A stretch of 64,000 bases of DNA, from positions 1 to 64,000 of the IMG/VR virus record IMGVR_UViG_3300018080_000129; one strand, given 5' to 3'. Each line of letters begins with the position of its first letter. Position 1 is the stretch's first letter. The notes below the pieces were generated by a model. That model was not told the DNA's origin and did no database searches. It saw only the letters and a program-made list of their open reading frames with translations. Below are positions 1 through 9,540 of this stretch, piece by piece. This stretch comes from a virus. The position numbers and the translations under genes are program-made.

Positions 1-197
1 AACTTCGGGCACATCTCTCGAAGCAATTTCTCAACATCAGGATACTGGTTAATCTTGTCCTGCTCATTCATGCAACAAGCTTCGGCAGCATTCAAATCTC
101 CTCTGCGAAGACAAGCAATCACCGTTCGAACACAGGAAACTCCTCGGCCTTCGTTCTTCGAAGCCTGAAGCTGCTCCAGTTGGTCAATCTTATCCAT
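1..197 (-). CDS. hypothetical protein, runs off the window end
   Basis: ATG at 197 overlapping the upstream gene's end, open frame MDKIDQLEQLQ... to position 1. Confidence 0.55.
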   Translation of the reverse strand, partial: MDKIDQLEQLQASKNEGRGVSCVRTVIACLRRGDLNAAEACCMNEQDKINQYPDVEKLLREMCPK

Positions 198-465
198 GTT
201 TTCTTAGCCACTCCACAAACTTCCACACTTCAGGATGAGCCTTCAATGCTTCAAGAGTATTCAGTTCCCTTTCAAGCTGCTTCTCCGTAAACAACGCATG
301 AATCTGATTCTGACATGGCCTACACAACCATGCCACTCTCGTCCTAACCTCTTGCCTATCAAAGAGTTTCTTGTTCTTTTTGTTCTTGTGGCGCGTCTTG
401 GGAATCAGATGGTGTTTCGTTCGTTTATCAACTTCCCGACCACATAACTCGCAAATCTCTGCCAT
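190..465 (-). CDS. small HNH-family endonuclease-like protein
   Basis: CELC-x-HHLIPK...LCRPC...IH motif; start moved to MAEIC because the longer ORF overlaps tRNA-Ile. Confidence 0.75.
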   Translation of the reverse strand: MAEICELCGREVDKRTKHHLIPKTRHKNKKNKKLFDRQEVRTRVAWLCRPCQNQIHALFTEKQLERELNTLEALKAHPEVWKFVEWLRKHG

Positions 466-477
466 GCCGCTTCCTTT

Positions 478-553
478 TGGTAGGCGCGGGTGGATTCGAA
501 CCACCGGCCTCCCGCGTATCAGACGGACGCTCTTCCTGCTGAGCTACGCGCCC
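478..553 (-). tRNA. tRNA-Ile(GAT)
   Basis: Cloverleaf, loop CTGATAC, GGTTCGAATCC, encoded CCA. Confidence 0.92.
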
Positions 554-570
554 ACAAATTTCTCTGCCCT

Positions 571-598
571 TCTATACGGCAACTGCGAAAAAATTCAA
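571..598 (-). promoter_or_regulatory. sigma70-type promoter TTGAAT-N16-TATAGA
   Basis: Shares TTGCCGTATA..AGGGCAGAGA with the promoter at 23051-23079; lies directly upstream of tRNA-Ile. Confidence 0.65.
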
Positions 599-618
599 CA
601 CTAAAAATGAAAAAGAAA

Positions 619-692
619 TGGTAGCCCTGAGCGGAATTGAACCGCTATACCTCGCGTATCAGACGAGGACTCTACCGTTGAGATACAGGGCT
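619..692 (-). tRNA. tRNA-Ile(GAT), second copy
   Basis: AGCCCTG/CAGGGCT acceptor, loop CTGATAC, CCA. Confidence 0.85.
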
Positions 693-890
693 ACAGCGCA
701 TTCTCATCGACAGGTTCTTCGTAGGCGGGATTTTGTTTTCCAACCCGTCATTCATCTTTGCCGCTACCCGCTCCCTCTTGCTGCTCACCCAATCCAAATG
801 GAGCCTATTCGCGTTGCATCCTCGGTAGTGCAAACGACCCAAAGTCTCCTACCTTAAGCAGTGATGTCCCGACCTTCCTATGAAAATGTT

Positions 891-1052
891 CTACACTTCG
901 AAGCTGTTTACAGCCTGTTCCAATTCGCCTTTCTTCGCAACCAGTATGGCCCCGCTGCAAAGAGGAAGGTCTGGAAAAAGCTTCACAAGGTGATGCAGAA
1001 ACCTGAACTTCCTTGGCTCATCTTCCATAATGGCTTTCAGCTTTTCTCTCAT
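891..1052 (-). CDS. hypothetical protein
   Basis: Short ORF with GAGGAG upstream, just after tRNA-Phe. Confidence 0.45.
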   Translation of the reverse strand: MREKLKAIMEDEPRKFRFLHHLVKLFPDLPLCSGAILVAKKGELEQAVNSFEV

Positions 1053-1069
1053 CCTGCACTCCTCGAAAA

Positions 1070-1146
1070 TGGTGCCGAGGGTCGGAATCGAACCGACGAC
1101 GACCAAGCTCTTCAGGCTTGCGCTCTACCAACTGAGCTACCTCGGC
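1070..1146 (-). tRNA. tRNA-Phe(GAA)
   Basis: Cloverleaf, CAAGC-CTGAAGA-GCTTG, CCA. Confidence 0.93.
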
Positions 1147-1283
1147 AATTCTTCTTGTTCCTCTTTTTCAATATACTTTTCGGCACATTCTGGACAAAGC
1201 AAGTCGCCCATGAAATCATAGGCTCCAGTCTTGCCACACTCGTCACACTTGGCGTCCTTGTTGAAAGGAACATCCCTTGCCAT
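1137..1283 (-). CDS. 48-aa zinc-ribbon protein (not in ORF track)
   Basis: MARDVPFNKDAKCDECGKTGAYDFMGDLLCPECAEK...; two CxxC; RBS GGAGG; stop TAG lies inside tRNA-Phe. Confidence 0.6.
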   Translation of the reverse strand: MARDVPFNKDAKCDECGKTGAYDFMGDLLCPECAEKYIEKEEQEELPR

Positions 1284-1286
1284 CAC

Positions 1287-1565
1287 TCATTCCTCCTTTT
1301 CTTCAGGCCAAGCATTCAAAGCTCCGCGCATCTCGAACTCTTCCCTTTTCTTATCCAGCTTTTCCTGTATGGCTTCGAGAATATCCTGCTTAACAAGCAA
1401 CTCTCCATACCATATCATCAAATTGTCCATGTCTTTGGCTGCTTCATCTGGATACTCACTCCAGTTGTTCATTACATCAAACACACAAGCAGCCAAATGA
1501 TTGGCATCATCGTATAATTCCTCGATGGCCTGAGCCTCCTCTTCGTTCAAGACCTCTTTATCCAT
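1287..1565 (-). CDS. hypothetical protein
   Basis: ORF packed between co-oriented genes. Confidence 0.6.
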   Translation of the reverse strand: MDKEVLNEEEAQAIEELYDDANHLAACVFDVMNNWSEYPDEAAKDMDNLMIWYGELLVKQDILEAIQEKLDKKREEFEMRGALNAWPEEKEE

Positions 1566-2044
1566 TGCTCAAACCTTCTACAAAAGGCATCAAACCTCTT
1601 GTCTTCATCTCTGCCATAAATCCACAGCATTATCTGTTTGGCAAAATCCTCGCACTCTCGCTCAACATTGTCCAAAATCTTCATCGGTGCATCCGGTTTC
1701 TGGTCAGAGTTATGATTACAATCAAAGCCAGCAATAATTCCGTTGCCGTCTTTTGTTCTTTCAAGAAAAGTCACCCCGCCATGAACAACAAACTTACTCC
1801 AAGGAGATTCGTAATAGTCCATGCACTTACTATGAAAAGGGTCTCTGGCAAGTATCACATACCCGCAGTACCAGTTCATGTTAAGATAGAATTTTTGCAT
1901 TTCGGAACTTATTTTCTTATACTTCTTCTCAAGGTCATTTTCCATCACAACCATTTCAACTCCATACTTTCTCCAGACCTTGACAATCAAACAGCTTTCC
2001 GAAGTATCAAATTCCGAATGTGTCAAGAAATTCGCATTTGCCAT
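1547..2044 (-). CDS. phage hypothetical protein (CGYV...HGGVT...GFDCNH motif)
   Basis: Motif pattern I recognise from other phage proteins of unknown function. Confidence 0.65.
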   Translation of the reverse strand: MANANFLTHSEFDTSESCLIVKVWRKYGVEMVVMENDLEKKYKKISSEMQKFYLNMNWYCGYVILARDPFHSKCMDYYESPWSKFVVHGGVTFLERTKDGNGIIAGFDCNHNSDQKPDAPMKILDNVERECEDFAKQIMLWIYGRDEDKRFDAFCRRFEQWIKRS

Positions 2045-2050
2045 GATAGT

Positions 2051-2129
2051 TGGTGGCGAGAGTGGGATTTGAACCCACGCATGACACGGATTATGAGACC
2101 GCCGCTCTACCAGACTGAGCTACCCCGCC
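2051..2129 (-). tRNA. tRNA-Met(CAT), elongator type
   Basis: G1-C72 pair, loop CTCATAA, CCA; lysidine Ile2 identity cannot be excluded. Confidence 0.85.
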
Positions 2130-2137
2130 TTGTCTCC

Positions 2138-2734
2138 TCACTTCATCTTAGCCACATAAAGTGATTCCGGCACCCTGAACGATTCAATGGGCCTGAAAAA
2201 ACCGTCAATAAATGGATGAGTTACATCATTGATGTCATGCAATGCCAACCACGCTCCCTGTCCGAGCAATGACCGAATCGACATCAGATTCATCACTATC
2301 TCCAACTCCGTGTGGCAGCAATCAGCAAAAATGAAACCATACTTCTTCTTCGGAGCTACCTGCCGGAAATCACCTTCAAAGATACTCACTTTATTCAAGA
2401 ACCCATATCGTTCCAGATTCTCCTTGAGCATCCCAATGGCTCTGCCTTCTCTTTCGAGAATCGGTTTAATGTTTCTCTCGAAGTCTGCCAGAGAACCAAA
2501 ACCAACCGGCTGTCCATCCCCAATGCAACCCCCTACGGAGCCATCTTCCATCATTACATAGTCATCAAGACTCTGGTTGAACTCAACCGTGATAAACTCT
2601 TTCTCCTGCTGACTATCCACAATGCCATAAATAATGCACAGAGTAGACAACCCGCACCACGGGCCGATTTCCAATATTGGGCCTTCGCAGGTTCGAGCCA
2701 GAGCATAAAGCATCTGCCTCTCGCTTGGCTTCAT
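2138..2734 (-). CDS. class I SAM-dependent methyltransferase (Methyltransf_24-like)
   Basis: ILEIGPWCGLST, FIFADCCH, ALHD motifs. Confidence 0.8.
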   Translation of the reverse strand: MKPSERQMLYALARTCEGPILEIGPWCGLSTLCIIYGIVDSQQEKEFITVEFNQSLDDYVMMEDGSVGGCIGDGQPVGFGSLADFERNIKPILEREGRAIGMLKENLERYGFLNKVSIFEGDFRQVAPKKKYGFIFADCCHTELEIVMNLMSIRSLLGQGAWLALHDINDVTHPFIDGFFRPIESFRVPESLYVAKMK

Positions 2735-2799
2735 CCAGCCCCAAACACCATCTATCTCGTGCTCGAAGGAAATAGACTGAAGTTCTTCTCTTGTCGTCT

Positions 2800-3267
2800 C
2801 TATCTCAGTCCCTCCCGTTCCCTGAAAAGCAACAGGAACGCAAGTTCTTTTTGACCCTCTCTGCTATTCCAGTAATCTCCTCTCGCTTTCTCATTACGAT
2901 ACTCTGTGATTCTCAAACTCAGGTAACGACGCATCCGTGTCTCAGTTTCTTCCTGAGTCTCGTTTCTCTCTCCCCAAAGTTGCAACTGCCTTTCCGTATG
3001 GCCGAACTCGTCAATCTCCACATCGTTCATCTCAAGCCATAGTTTCTTGTATTTCTTTCCGTGTTGACGCTTAAGCTGCATCAACCTTTTCAGGATTGAC
3101 CCAAGCTCTATTTCCACATCGCTTCCACCAAGAAAATGAGCCAGCTTCTCTTGAACTTTTCTCGGCTTCGAAGACCATCTGGAAGTATCCTCAGCATCAT
3201 AGTGAGAATCCTTTCCTCTCACGTAGTCTTTGAAATCCTTTAGCTTCATCCTGTTTCTCTTCGGCAT
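2800..3267 (-). CDS. hypothetical protein
   Basis: ORF with GGAGG RBS. Confidence 0.6.
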   Translation of the reverse strand: MPKRNRMKLKDFKDYVRGKDSHYDAEDTSRWSSKPRKVQEKLAHFLGGSDVEIELGSILKRLMQLKRQHGKKYKKLWLEMNDVEIDEFGHTERQLQLWGERNETQEETETRMRRYLSLRITEYRNEKARGDYWNSREGQKELAFLLLFREREGLR

Positions 3268-3278
3268 CGGTCTTCCTC

Positions 3279-4082
3279 CTATTTGCCCAATAGCAAACTC
3301 TTTGTAATGCGCCTTGGAATCTTTGCCCTGACTTTTGCCTCCATTGCCTTCATTGCTTTCTTGCCTTTCCCGCTCTTAAACCACTCAGAAAATTCCCTCA
3401 ACTCCTTCCAGAAATTTTCGACTTCCACAAGCTTTTTCCTCTTACTCCGCTGCATCCAAAGCCTGTCCTTTGCGATGCTTCTGACTCTCTGCCGCCGATT
3501 CGGTATGTACTTCAAAGCCTCCGCTGCGTGAACCACAGGATAATACTTCTCAGTACAATCGGCACCGTAACCATTCAAAGAAGGAACGGCACAATAATCG
3601 GGCAAAGCTTTGTCCCAATCACGACATCTTCTTTCCCAATCCTTCTCAGAAAGCTCATCAGGCTTATCCGTGTTATCCCAATAGCCGTATTCCTCAACAA
3701 ACCACTTGGAAAGCCAAAGCTTCCTGAAGTCCTCCTGCTCGGTAAAATACATTCCAAGCACCTTATCTTCAGAAAGAGGAAATATCGCAAGCTCGAAATC
3801 GAAATCGAAAATGGGATTTCTTTCCTGCGTCTTGTCAATTTTCCTTTTCTCCTCGTTCAGCTTACTCCAAGCACAAGCCAGCGGACAGTCACTTGAAGGC
3901 TCCTGAACTTTCATTCCCATTGCCAGCCGGTCGATACGATGAGTCGCCATCTCAGCCACCAACCGAGAACACTTTTCCAGCACCAGTGCTTTCAATTCCT
4001 TTCTGAATGCCTGAATCTGATGATGAATCACAAGAAGATGCGGGTTCCTGAACTTGAATCCTGTGTAGATTTTAGTGCTCAT
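3279..4082 (-). CDS. phage hypothetical protein
   Basis: 267-aa ORF, MSTKIYTG start, YGYWDNTDKPD motif. Confidence 0.7.
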   Translation of the reverse strand: MSTKIYTGFKFRNPHLLVIHHQIQAFRKELKALVLEKCSRLVAEMATHRIDRLAMGMKVQEPSSDCPLACAWSKLNEEKRKIDKTQERNPIFDFDFELAIFPLSEDKVLGMYFTEQEDFRKLWLSKWFVEEYGYWDNTDKPDELSEKDWERRCRDWDKALPDYCAVPSLNGYGADCTEKYYPVVHAAEALKYIPNRRQRVRSIAKDRLWMQRSKRKKLVEVENFWKELREFSEWFKSGKGKKAMKAMEAKVRAKIPRRITKSLLLGK

Positions 4083-4199
4083 CTCTGTCCTTTCGGCTGT
4101 CGGCGCGTATCATTGCCGCTCTCGATGTCCCTCAATTCGCGCTTGTACTGTTCATTATATGGCGAATTAGGAAAATTCTCAACCAAAAACTTCAGGAAG

Positions 4200-4697
4200 T
4201 CACTCCGTTTCTTCTTCTGCTTCATCTTCCATAGCCTTTCGATTCGCTTCCTCTTGGTCAGGGTCAACTACCATGTGCTGAATTTCCACAGACTCATACT
4301 GATATTTGTCCCTGTCGCAAAGACACTCGTAGGCCATCTGACCGTCCTGCTTCTCCAGAGCCTGCTTCATACGCTCGTACCACTTGCAATAGTTCTGATA
4401 GTCGTGAAGGTCTATTGCAAGCGAACCAATCTCGCCCTGCATGAAATCGCGAATGTGCTCGTCTCTGACCTTCTCCTTGTCTTCCCTAAGTTCCTGAAGC
4501 TTTTCTTCGGTTGGAGGTTTCTTCCAAAGCTTCTTCGGCTCTGGATAGAAACCTTCCCTGAGCCGTTTCTCCAGCATCCAGAGACAGACCTTGAAGAATT
4601 TCTCCTTGGCCGGAACATGACAGATTATCTCACCATGCTTTTCCTTGAAGAAAAGGAGGCGGGAAGGGTTGTCTTCTTCAAGCCATTTCATTCTCAT
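4200..4697 (-). CDS. hypothetical protein
   Basis: ORF with AGGAG RBS after tRNA-Tyr. Confidence 0.65.
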   Translation of the reverse strand: MRMKWLEEDNPSRLLFFKEKHGEIICHVPAKEKFFKVCLWMLEKRLREGFYPEPKKLWKKPPTEEKLQELREDKEKVRDEHIRDFMQGEIGSLAIDLHDYQNYCKWYERMKQALEKQDGQMAYECLCDRDKYQYESVEIQHMVVDPDQEEANRKAMEDEAEEETE

Positions 4698-4716
4698 GTC
4701 ATCATCTCCTTACGGA

Positions 4717-4803
4717 TGGTGGAAGGGGTGGGATTCGAACCCACGAAGGCGCAATGCCACCGGATTTACAGTCCGGCCCTTTTAACCACTCAGGCACCCT
4801 TCC
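4717..4803 (-). tRNA. tRNA-Tyr(GTA)
   Basis: Long variable arm, CCGGA-CTGTAAA-TCCGG, CCA. Confidence 0.93.
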
Positions 4804-5426
4804 TTCTTGTCGCCTTTCTCGATATTGCAATCCGTACACATCGTCTGGTAATTCTTCAGACGATTCTTACCGCCTTTTGCCAAAGGAACAATATGGTCTT
4901 TCGTCATCAGCACTTCCTCTCCATCCTTTACGGCATAGAGATTCAAATGATAACCACTGTTTTCTGCAAAGTGTCGTTCGACTGCAAAGAATTTTCCTTC
5001 GATGCCACAATGCACACACTTGGTTCCATGCTTAGCAAAACAACGAAGGCGGTCGGAAGCCATCTTCACCCGCTGGCCGAAATACTCTTTTCTCTGGCTT
5101 CTCCTATCACGACAATCAAAAACCACGAAGGGAAGCACTTCTTCAAGCGGAACCGTTCCAAGTCGCTGATAGACCGGCCTGTTCTTTTTCGGCAGTATTT
5201 CCTTCTTTTCCTTCTGTGGCTCGTTGGCATCTTCCGGCCAACCTCTTGCACATTTCCAGCAACGCCTACGGTAAGCGTTCGTCTCTCCGTAGATGTCTGT
5301 CTTGATATTCAGCCAATGCCCGCACTCAAGAACTTCGACTATCACAGCACTATTTCTCGGATGGCAACGATGACCTGTTATCTTCCGCAGCGGAGCCTTC
5401 TTGATGTCGATTCTTTCTTCCATCAT
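4782..5426 (-). CDS. HNH endonuclease
   Basis: CVHC...TKDHIVPLAKGGKNRLKNYQTMCTDCNIEKG. Confidence 0.85.
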   Translation of the reverse strand: MMEERIDIKKAPLRKITGHRCHPRNSAVIVEVLECGHWLNIKTDIYGETNAYRRRCWKCARGWPEDANEPQKEKKEILPKKNRPVYQRLGTVPLEEVLPFVVFDCRDRRSQRKEYFGQRVKMASDRLRCFAKHGTKCVHCGIEGKFFAVERHFAENSGYHLNLYAVKDGEEVLMTKDHIVPLAKGGKNRLKNYQTMCTDCNIEKGDKKEGCLSG

Positions 5427-5596
5427 TCCTCGCTTACCCGCACTTTGAACTTCTTGCCTCCAACTGCTATCTGGAAGTTATCATCCCATCCAGCCGTCAC
5501 AACCACCCTCTCCTTGTATTCTTTCACCATTGTATTACTGCCCTTAGCCAAAAGCCGGACTAAATCGTCAGCTATCGTCTCCTTCATTGGAATCAT
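5423..5596 (-). CDS. hypothetical protein
   Basis: Start 1 nt after the upstream stop; ATGA coupling downstream. Confidence 0.5.
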   Translation of the reverse strand: MIPMKETIADDLVRLLAKGSNTMVKEYKERVVVTAGWDDNFQIAVGGKKFKVRVSEE

Positions 5597-5823
5597 CTCA
5601 CACGTCCTTGTAGTCTGCCGCCAATTTGTGCTCAAGTTCGTAAGGACATCTCTTCGGAAGATAATTGCCATCTTCAGAAAGCCATGCCTTGCCCTCCCCC
5701 ACCAACTTACAAGACCAAACCTTCACAGCCACTCGACCTGTGTTATTGTTCCTCACAACAATGTAAGAACTACACTGTTGACAAACCGCCTTGCTTTTCG
5801 GCATTTCACACGTCCTTGTAGTC
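5594..5823. repeat. 22-bp direct repeat catYtcacacgtccttgtagtc (5594-5615 and 5802-5823)
   Basis: Read directly from the sequence. Confidence 0.85.
5598..5804 (-). CDS. small Cys-containing protein flanked by direct repeats
   Basis: CQQC...C...CPY; ends DYKDV like the upstream ligase. Confidence 0.55.
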   Translation of the reverse strand: MPKSKAVCQQCSSYIVVRNNNTGRVAVKVWSCKLVGEGKAWLSEDGNYLPKRCPYELEHKLAADYKDV

Positions 5824-6906
5824 ACTGTGCTTGCCAAGAGAATACTCAGTGCCGATGTACTTCAGCACCACCCTGCCGATTTTCACATGATTCCTCTCAT
5901 GCACCGGCTTCACAACCACGCCTTCCCGACAATGATTCGCATTCGGCATAATGCTCTGGCCGTCCGCGACCTCATTGATTTTCTCGAAGTAGAACGGCCC
6001 TCGATAAATCACAGGCACCTGCTCAATTCCGAATGCAGTGCAATAGCTGGCAAACCCGTCGTAATCCAGATACTTGCCGTTAATCTTCAGGTCAAAGGCC
6101 CTGTAACCGAATCCTTTGCCTTTCTCGTAGCCGTATCCCAAACTCTGAATGCTCCTGCCATAGACTTCGCCGTAAAGAATAACACTGCGACCGCCTTCGG
6201 CAAGAGTCAGAAGCAAACGTCGAACTTTTTCGATGCTCCAAGGACTCCAGTAAATATCGTGCTTGACCTTGTTGCTGTCCCATTCGCAGGGAATTTCCTT
6301 ATCGACTCCATGTGTGTCGATTTTCTCTCTCGGACGCTGCTTCCGAGTCGTATGAGAACCAGCCACGGGACAGCCATTGATGATGCCAACCCGCGAGTTG
6401 GTGCCATGAATCTTCTCGGTTGCTATGACCTCTTCTCCTTCTTCAAATATATCTATAAACAATTTTCCATTCTCGATGTCGGTGTACTCCTCGAAATATG
6501 GGTCGATGTTCCCGTCATACGCAGCCATGTTCTGAACACCCGGTCGAATCGGAGGCTCATATTTGGTTGCCCCGAAATAGTCCGCAACGTTGTCTCCAAG
6601 CTTCCAATCCTGCCCTTCGGGAATATCCACCACCAGCCCGAATGATGGCTCACCACGCAGCTTGATTTTGCCCACGCGGTCTTTGTTCTTACCCCTGAGA
6701 AAGTTCCTGACCTCGAACTTCTCAGCCCATTCAGCAGGCAGGAGAACGTCAGCGGGAAAATAAACCCCGACATCTCCGTCCTTGTACCTGCCCTTGGGAA
6801 CGCACATCTGATAGCCGAGCACGTCACAGATTTCCAGCTTGTCGGCATTCGGATGTGGCCTTACATTTTTGAGTTCCACAACAGGAACAACACAGCTACT
6901 TGCCAT
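5806..6906 (-). CDS. ATP-dependent RNA ligase (DRB0094/Rnl2-like) with N-terminal OB-type domain
   Basis: N-terminal HPNADKLE, motif I TEKIHGTN, GEVYG, AFD, REGVVVK, VLKYI. Confidence 0.88.
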   Translation of the reverse strand: MASSCVVPVVELKNVRPHPNADKLEICDVLGYQMCVPKGRYKDGDVGVYFPADVLLPAEWAEKFEVRNFLRGKNKDRVGKIKLRGEPSFGLVVDIPEGQDWKLGDNVADYFGATKYEPPIRPGVQNMAAYDGNIDPYFEEYTDIENGKLFIDIFEEGEEVIATEKIHGTNSRVGIINGCPVAGSHTTRKQRPREKIDTHGVDKEIPCEWDSNKVKHDIYWSPWSIEKVRRLLLTLAEGGRSVILYGEVYGRSIQSLGYGYEKGKGFGYRAFDLKINGKYLDYDGFASYCTAFGIEQVPVIYRGPFYFEKINEVADGQSIMPNANHCREGVVVKPVHERNHVKIGRVVLKYIGTEYSLGKHSDYKDV

Positions 6907-7243
6907 TTTTCTTTCTCCCTAAAAACTCTTCGATTGCGCTTCCATCACCCTTCATGCGCAGCCATTGATTCAAACTCGACCGAGACAGACTGGCGCGTTC
7001 AGCAAGCTCCTTCTTGCCATACAGAAGACTCAGAAAAAAGAACGCTTCTCCAATGACCACAAGCGATACAGCCCGCTTTCTCCTTTGTTTAGTCTGCGTC
7101 AGCACGATTGCCCAAAGAGCTTTCTCATTCTTCTTGGCAAAATCGACATACCAATCAACGGATTCCTTGATGATTCCGCAAAGCTCATCAAGCAATTCTT
7201 CTTCGGTCAGTTCCAACAATTGCTCTTCGGTCTTCTTATTCAT
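6896..7243 (-). CDS. hypothetical protein with possible C-terminal HTH
   Basis: KKELAERASLSRSSLNQW. Confidence 0.5.
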   Translation of the reverse strand: MNKKTEEQLLELTEEELLDELCGIIKESVDWYVDFAKKNEKALWAIVLTQTKQRRKRAVSLVVIGEAFFFLSLLYGKKELAERASLSRSSLNQWLRMKGDGSAIEEFLGRKKNGK

Positions 7244-7464
7244 CTCACACCCGCTTTTTTTGCCATGATTCTCAGCCTTTCGAAAGTGGTTTCTCATAAC
7301 ACGGACGGTTGAACCAAGGATGAATCAGCTTACCGTGTTTCGGCCCTTTGTTGGGTTCTTTCTCCATCCCAACAAACACCGCACCTTCAGGCAAATCAGT
7401 ATACCAAGGTTTACCGTTCAACACACACAAAGCATTGCCTGCCATGAGTCTTTGCCTTTCAAAA

Positions 7465-7540
7465 TGGTGGGAGCGGTGGGCTTTGCTCCCACGACCCTCC
7501 GGTTAAGAGCCGGACGCTCTACTAACTGAGCTACGCTCCC
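7465..7540 (-). tRNA. tRNA-Lys(CTT) with non-canonical D/T loops
   Basis: TCCGG-CTCTTAA-CCGGA; T-loop AGCAAAG; D-loop TTAGTA; CCA. Confidence 0.88.
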
Positions 7541-8088
7541 TCTTCCTTTTCTGCATAAGCTATCCATTCCTGCTTCGTTTCTTTCTTCAACTTACCCTCA
7601 CACTCGAAAACCTTACATCCGCGAAAGGCAGTATAACTCGTGTCTCCCACAGCAAACCTCTGCGTGTCCATCAAATAATGAGTAGCAGGATAATAAGAGG
7701 TCGAACCTCTGCCGCTCCAACCCGTATATCCTGAGATAGACAAAACGAAAAACCTTCCCTTTTGCGAAACCCAACGCACATTAAACGCGCCCCCAAAGTC
7801 AACACCCTTCTTGAACTTCGTCAGCAAGTCCGAAATATGAGAGGGAATACTATCCTTTTTGTTCTGCTTTCTATCCCGCTCGGCCCGAAGAATCGCATCC
7901 CTGACATCTCCTATCTTGTTCAGGATAGCGTTGGGCTTATATTTCTTATGAGCCGCTTTGAGAGCCTTATCCCGCATCTCTGTCGCTTTCACAAATGCAG
8001 GGTCATTGCTAACTGCGTTCATAGCATTATCATATTGTTTCTCCAACACTTTCAACTCAGCCTTCAATTCTTTGATTTCCTTAGCCAT
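7531..8088 (-). CDS. hypothetical protein
   Basis: 185-aa ORF; stop TAG inside tRNA-Lys. Confidence 0.7.
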   Translation of the reverse strand: MAKEIKELKAELKVLEKQYDNAMNAVSNDPAFVKATEMRDKALKAAHKKYKPNAILNKIGDVRDAILRAERDRKQNKKDSIPSHISDLLTKFKKGVDFGGAFNVRWVSQKGRFFVLSISGYTGWSGRGSTSYYPATHYLMDTQRFAVGDTSYTAFRGCKVFECEGKLKKETKQEWIAYAEKEEGA

Positions 8089-8333
8089 ACGCGCCCACTC
8101 CCTTCAATGTATGTCGCTTGCGATTCATTCGAGGATGTTGCTTACTCGGACGCTTCCTCTTGGTCTGCTCGTGAACCGTCTTGCCGACCCACTCAGGCGG
8201 GATTTGCACTATTCTTCCCCGCCTGACCCGGTAAAAGCCCTCGCCTATCTGAATCCGTTTCACGAGACACTTTCCTTTCCGGCTTTCTATACGGAACCCT
8301 CGGAAATTTTTGGCAGGTTTTCTGAAAAAGATT

Positions 8334-8410
8334 TGGTCGGGGTGGCCGGATTTGAACCGGCGTTCTCCACGTCCCGAACGTGGCGGGATACCAGACTTCC
8401 CCACACCCCG
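8334..8410 (-). tRNA. tRNA-Pro(CGG)
   Basis: CGGGGTG acceptor, loop TTCGGGA, CCA. Confidence 0.92.
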
Positions 8411-8413
8411 ATA

Positions 8414-8668
8414 TTACCATGCGTGACAAGGCTTTAGACAACTTCCGAGCTTCTCGCGCCTGATTCTGATGTCCTGTTTATCATACTTCTCCACAGCTTG
8501 CATCTGCCCTTCTGCCTTGACATAATCAGCCAGCATGTACTGCATCGGGCCAAGCTGCGCTCCGCATTCGCACTTCGGCCCAAGCCGATACCCTCTCGGC
8601 CTTCGAGCAATTACGTTGCTCGTGTAACACTTACTGCAAGTTGTGAGATATATCGCGTAGGTCTTCAT
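8414..8668 (-). CDS. zinc-ribbon hypothetical protein
   Basis: CSKC...CECG. Confidence 0.55.
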   Translation of the reverse strand: MKTYAIYLTTCSKCYTSNVIARRPRGYRLGPKCECGAQLGPMQYMLADYVKAEGQMQAVEKYDKQDIRIRREKLGSCLKPCHAW

Positions 8669-8674
8669 AATAGT

Positions 8675-8716
8675 TGGTGGGCACGGACGGACTCGAACCG
8701 TCAACATCCTCCTTGT
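8675..8716 (-). pseudogene. 3' half of an interrupted tRNA-Val(NAC)
   Basis: ACAA-GGAGG-ATGTT-GACGG-TTCGAGT-CCGTC-CGTGCCC-A-CCA with no attached 5' half. Confidence 0.85.
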
Positions 8717-8792
8717 TGGTAGGCGGTATCGGACTCGAACCGATGACCTCTTGAATGTAAGTCAAGCGTTCTCCCAACTGAACTAACCGCCT
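8717..8792 (-). tRNA. tRNA-Val(TAC)
   Basis: CTTGA-CTTACAT-TCAAG, CCA. Confidence 0.92.
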
Positions 8793-9472
8793 ACGTTTAG
8801 AGACTTTTCCCTCAGATATTCTATACCCCCGTATACTTTTTGGATGAGTTCCGTGTTATTTACCGTTAATCTCGCAGTGCCATTCGGTTGCTTTCCAACC
8901 CTTTTTAATTGACTTGCTCTGTTCACTTTGTAACGTGAAAACTTACGAAACATATCATCTCGAAGAAAAGGAAGCTTACTTTTCCAAAAACTCTGCATCT
9001 CCTCATTTGAAGCCTTCGTTGTATCATGGCAGGCTAAGTAAAACGTAATTTTTTCTCCGTAACCTTCCTTGACAAGCCATCCTCCTACCAATCTAAGCAT
9101 GTCCTCGTCACAATTTGTAATAGAGAAACTGTTCTTGTCCTTTGTTCCATCAGCCCAATACAAAGCACAAATAACTCGAAAAAATACGTCTTTCTTCGCT
9201 TTTTTCTTACCTTGTTTCCTATAACGCAAATGTCTTTCAGCCGCTCTCTCCTTCAAATGTTGAGCGTGATTCAAACTATGCTTGTAAAAGTTTTTTCTGT
9301 TGTTTACGAGTTTCTCGTTGAGTCTTTCAATTTGGCTTTGAGATAATGTTATATCTCTAACCCATAGGGATACAGAACTTTTTGCAACAGATAATTTTCT
9401 CGCTATCTCCCTAATACTAAGACCTTGTTGCGAACGAAGTTGACAAGCTTTTTCCTGTTCTTTTTTCTTCAT
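8783..9472 (-). CDS. HTH plus LAGLIDADG-like putative homing endonuclease
   Basis: GLSIREIARKLSVAKSSVSLW HTH; ALYWADG-x-K...FSITNCD LAGLIDADG-like motif. Confidence 0.7.
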   Translation of the reverse strand: MKKKEQEKACQLRSQQGLSIREIARKLSVAKSSVSLWVRDITLSQSQIERLNEKLVNNRKNFYKHSLNHAQHLKERAAERHLRYRKQGKKKAKKDVFFRVICALYWADGTKDKNSFSITNCDEDMLRLVGGWLVKEGYGEKITFYLACHDTTKASNEEMQSFWKSKLPFLRDDMFRKFSRYKVNRASQLKRVGKQPNGTARLTVNNTELIQKVYGGIEYLREKSLNVGG

Positions 9473-9518
9473 TTTCGACCCTCCTTCTTGTTGTTACAAG
9501 AGTTCTTATAGAAGGGTC

Positions 9519-9540
9519 AAAATATAAAAGAATTATCAAA
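9519..9540 (-). promoter_or_regulatory. repeated AT-rich promoter motif ATAATTCTTTTATATT
   Basis: Same motif precedes six genes in the structural region. Confidence 0.6.

Noticed and set aside
3939-5951. 670-aa plus-strand ORF
   Set aside because: Antisense to several minus-strand genes and tRNA-Tyr; Leu/Phe/Ser-rich shadow composition with no motifs
8305-8320. 16-bp match AAACCTGCCAAAAATT to 47055-47070 in opposite orientation
   Set aside because: Only two copies, A-rich, and no shared context that supports a function
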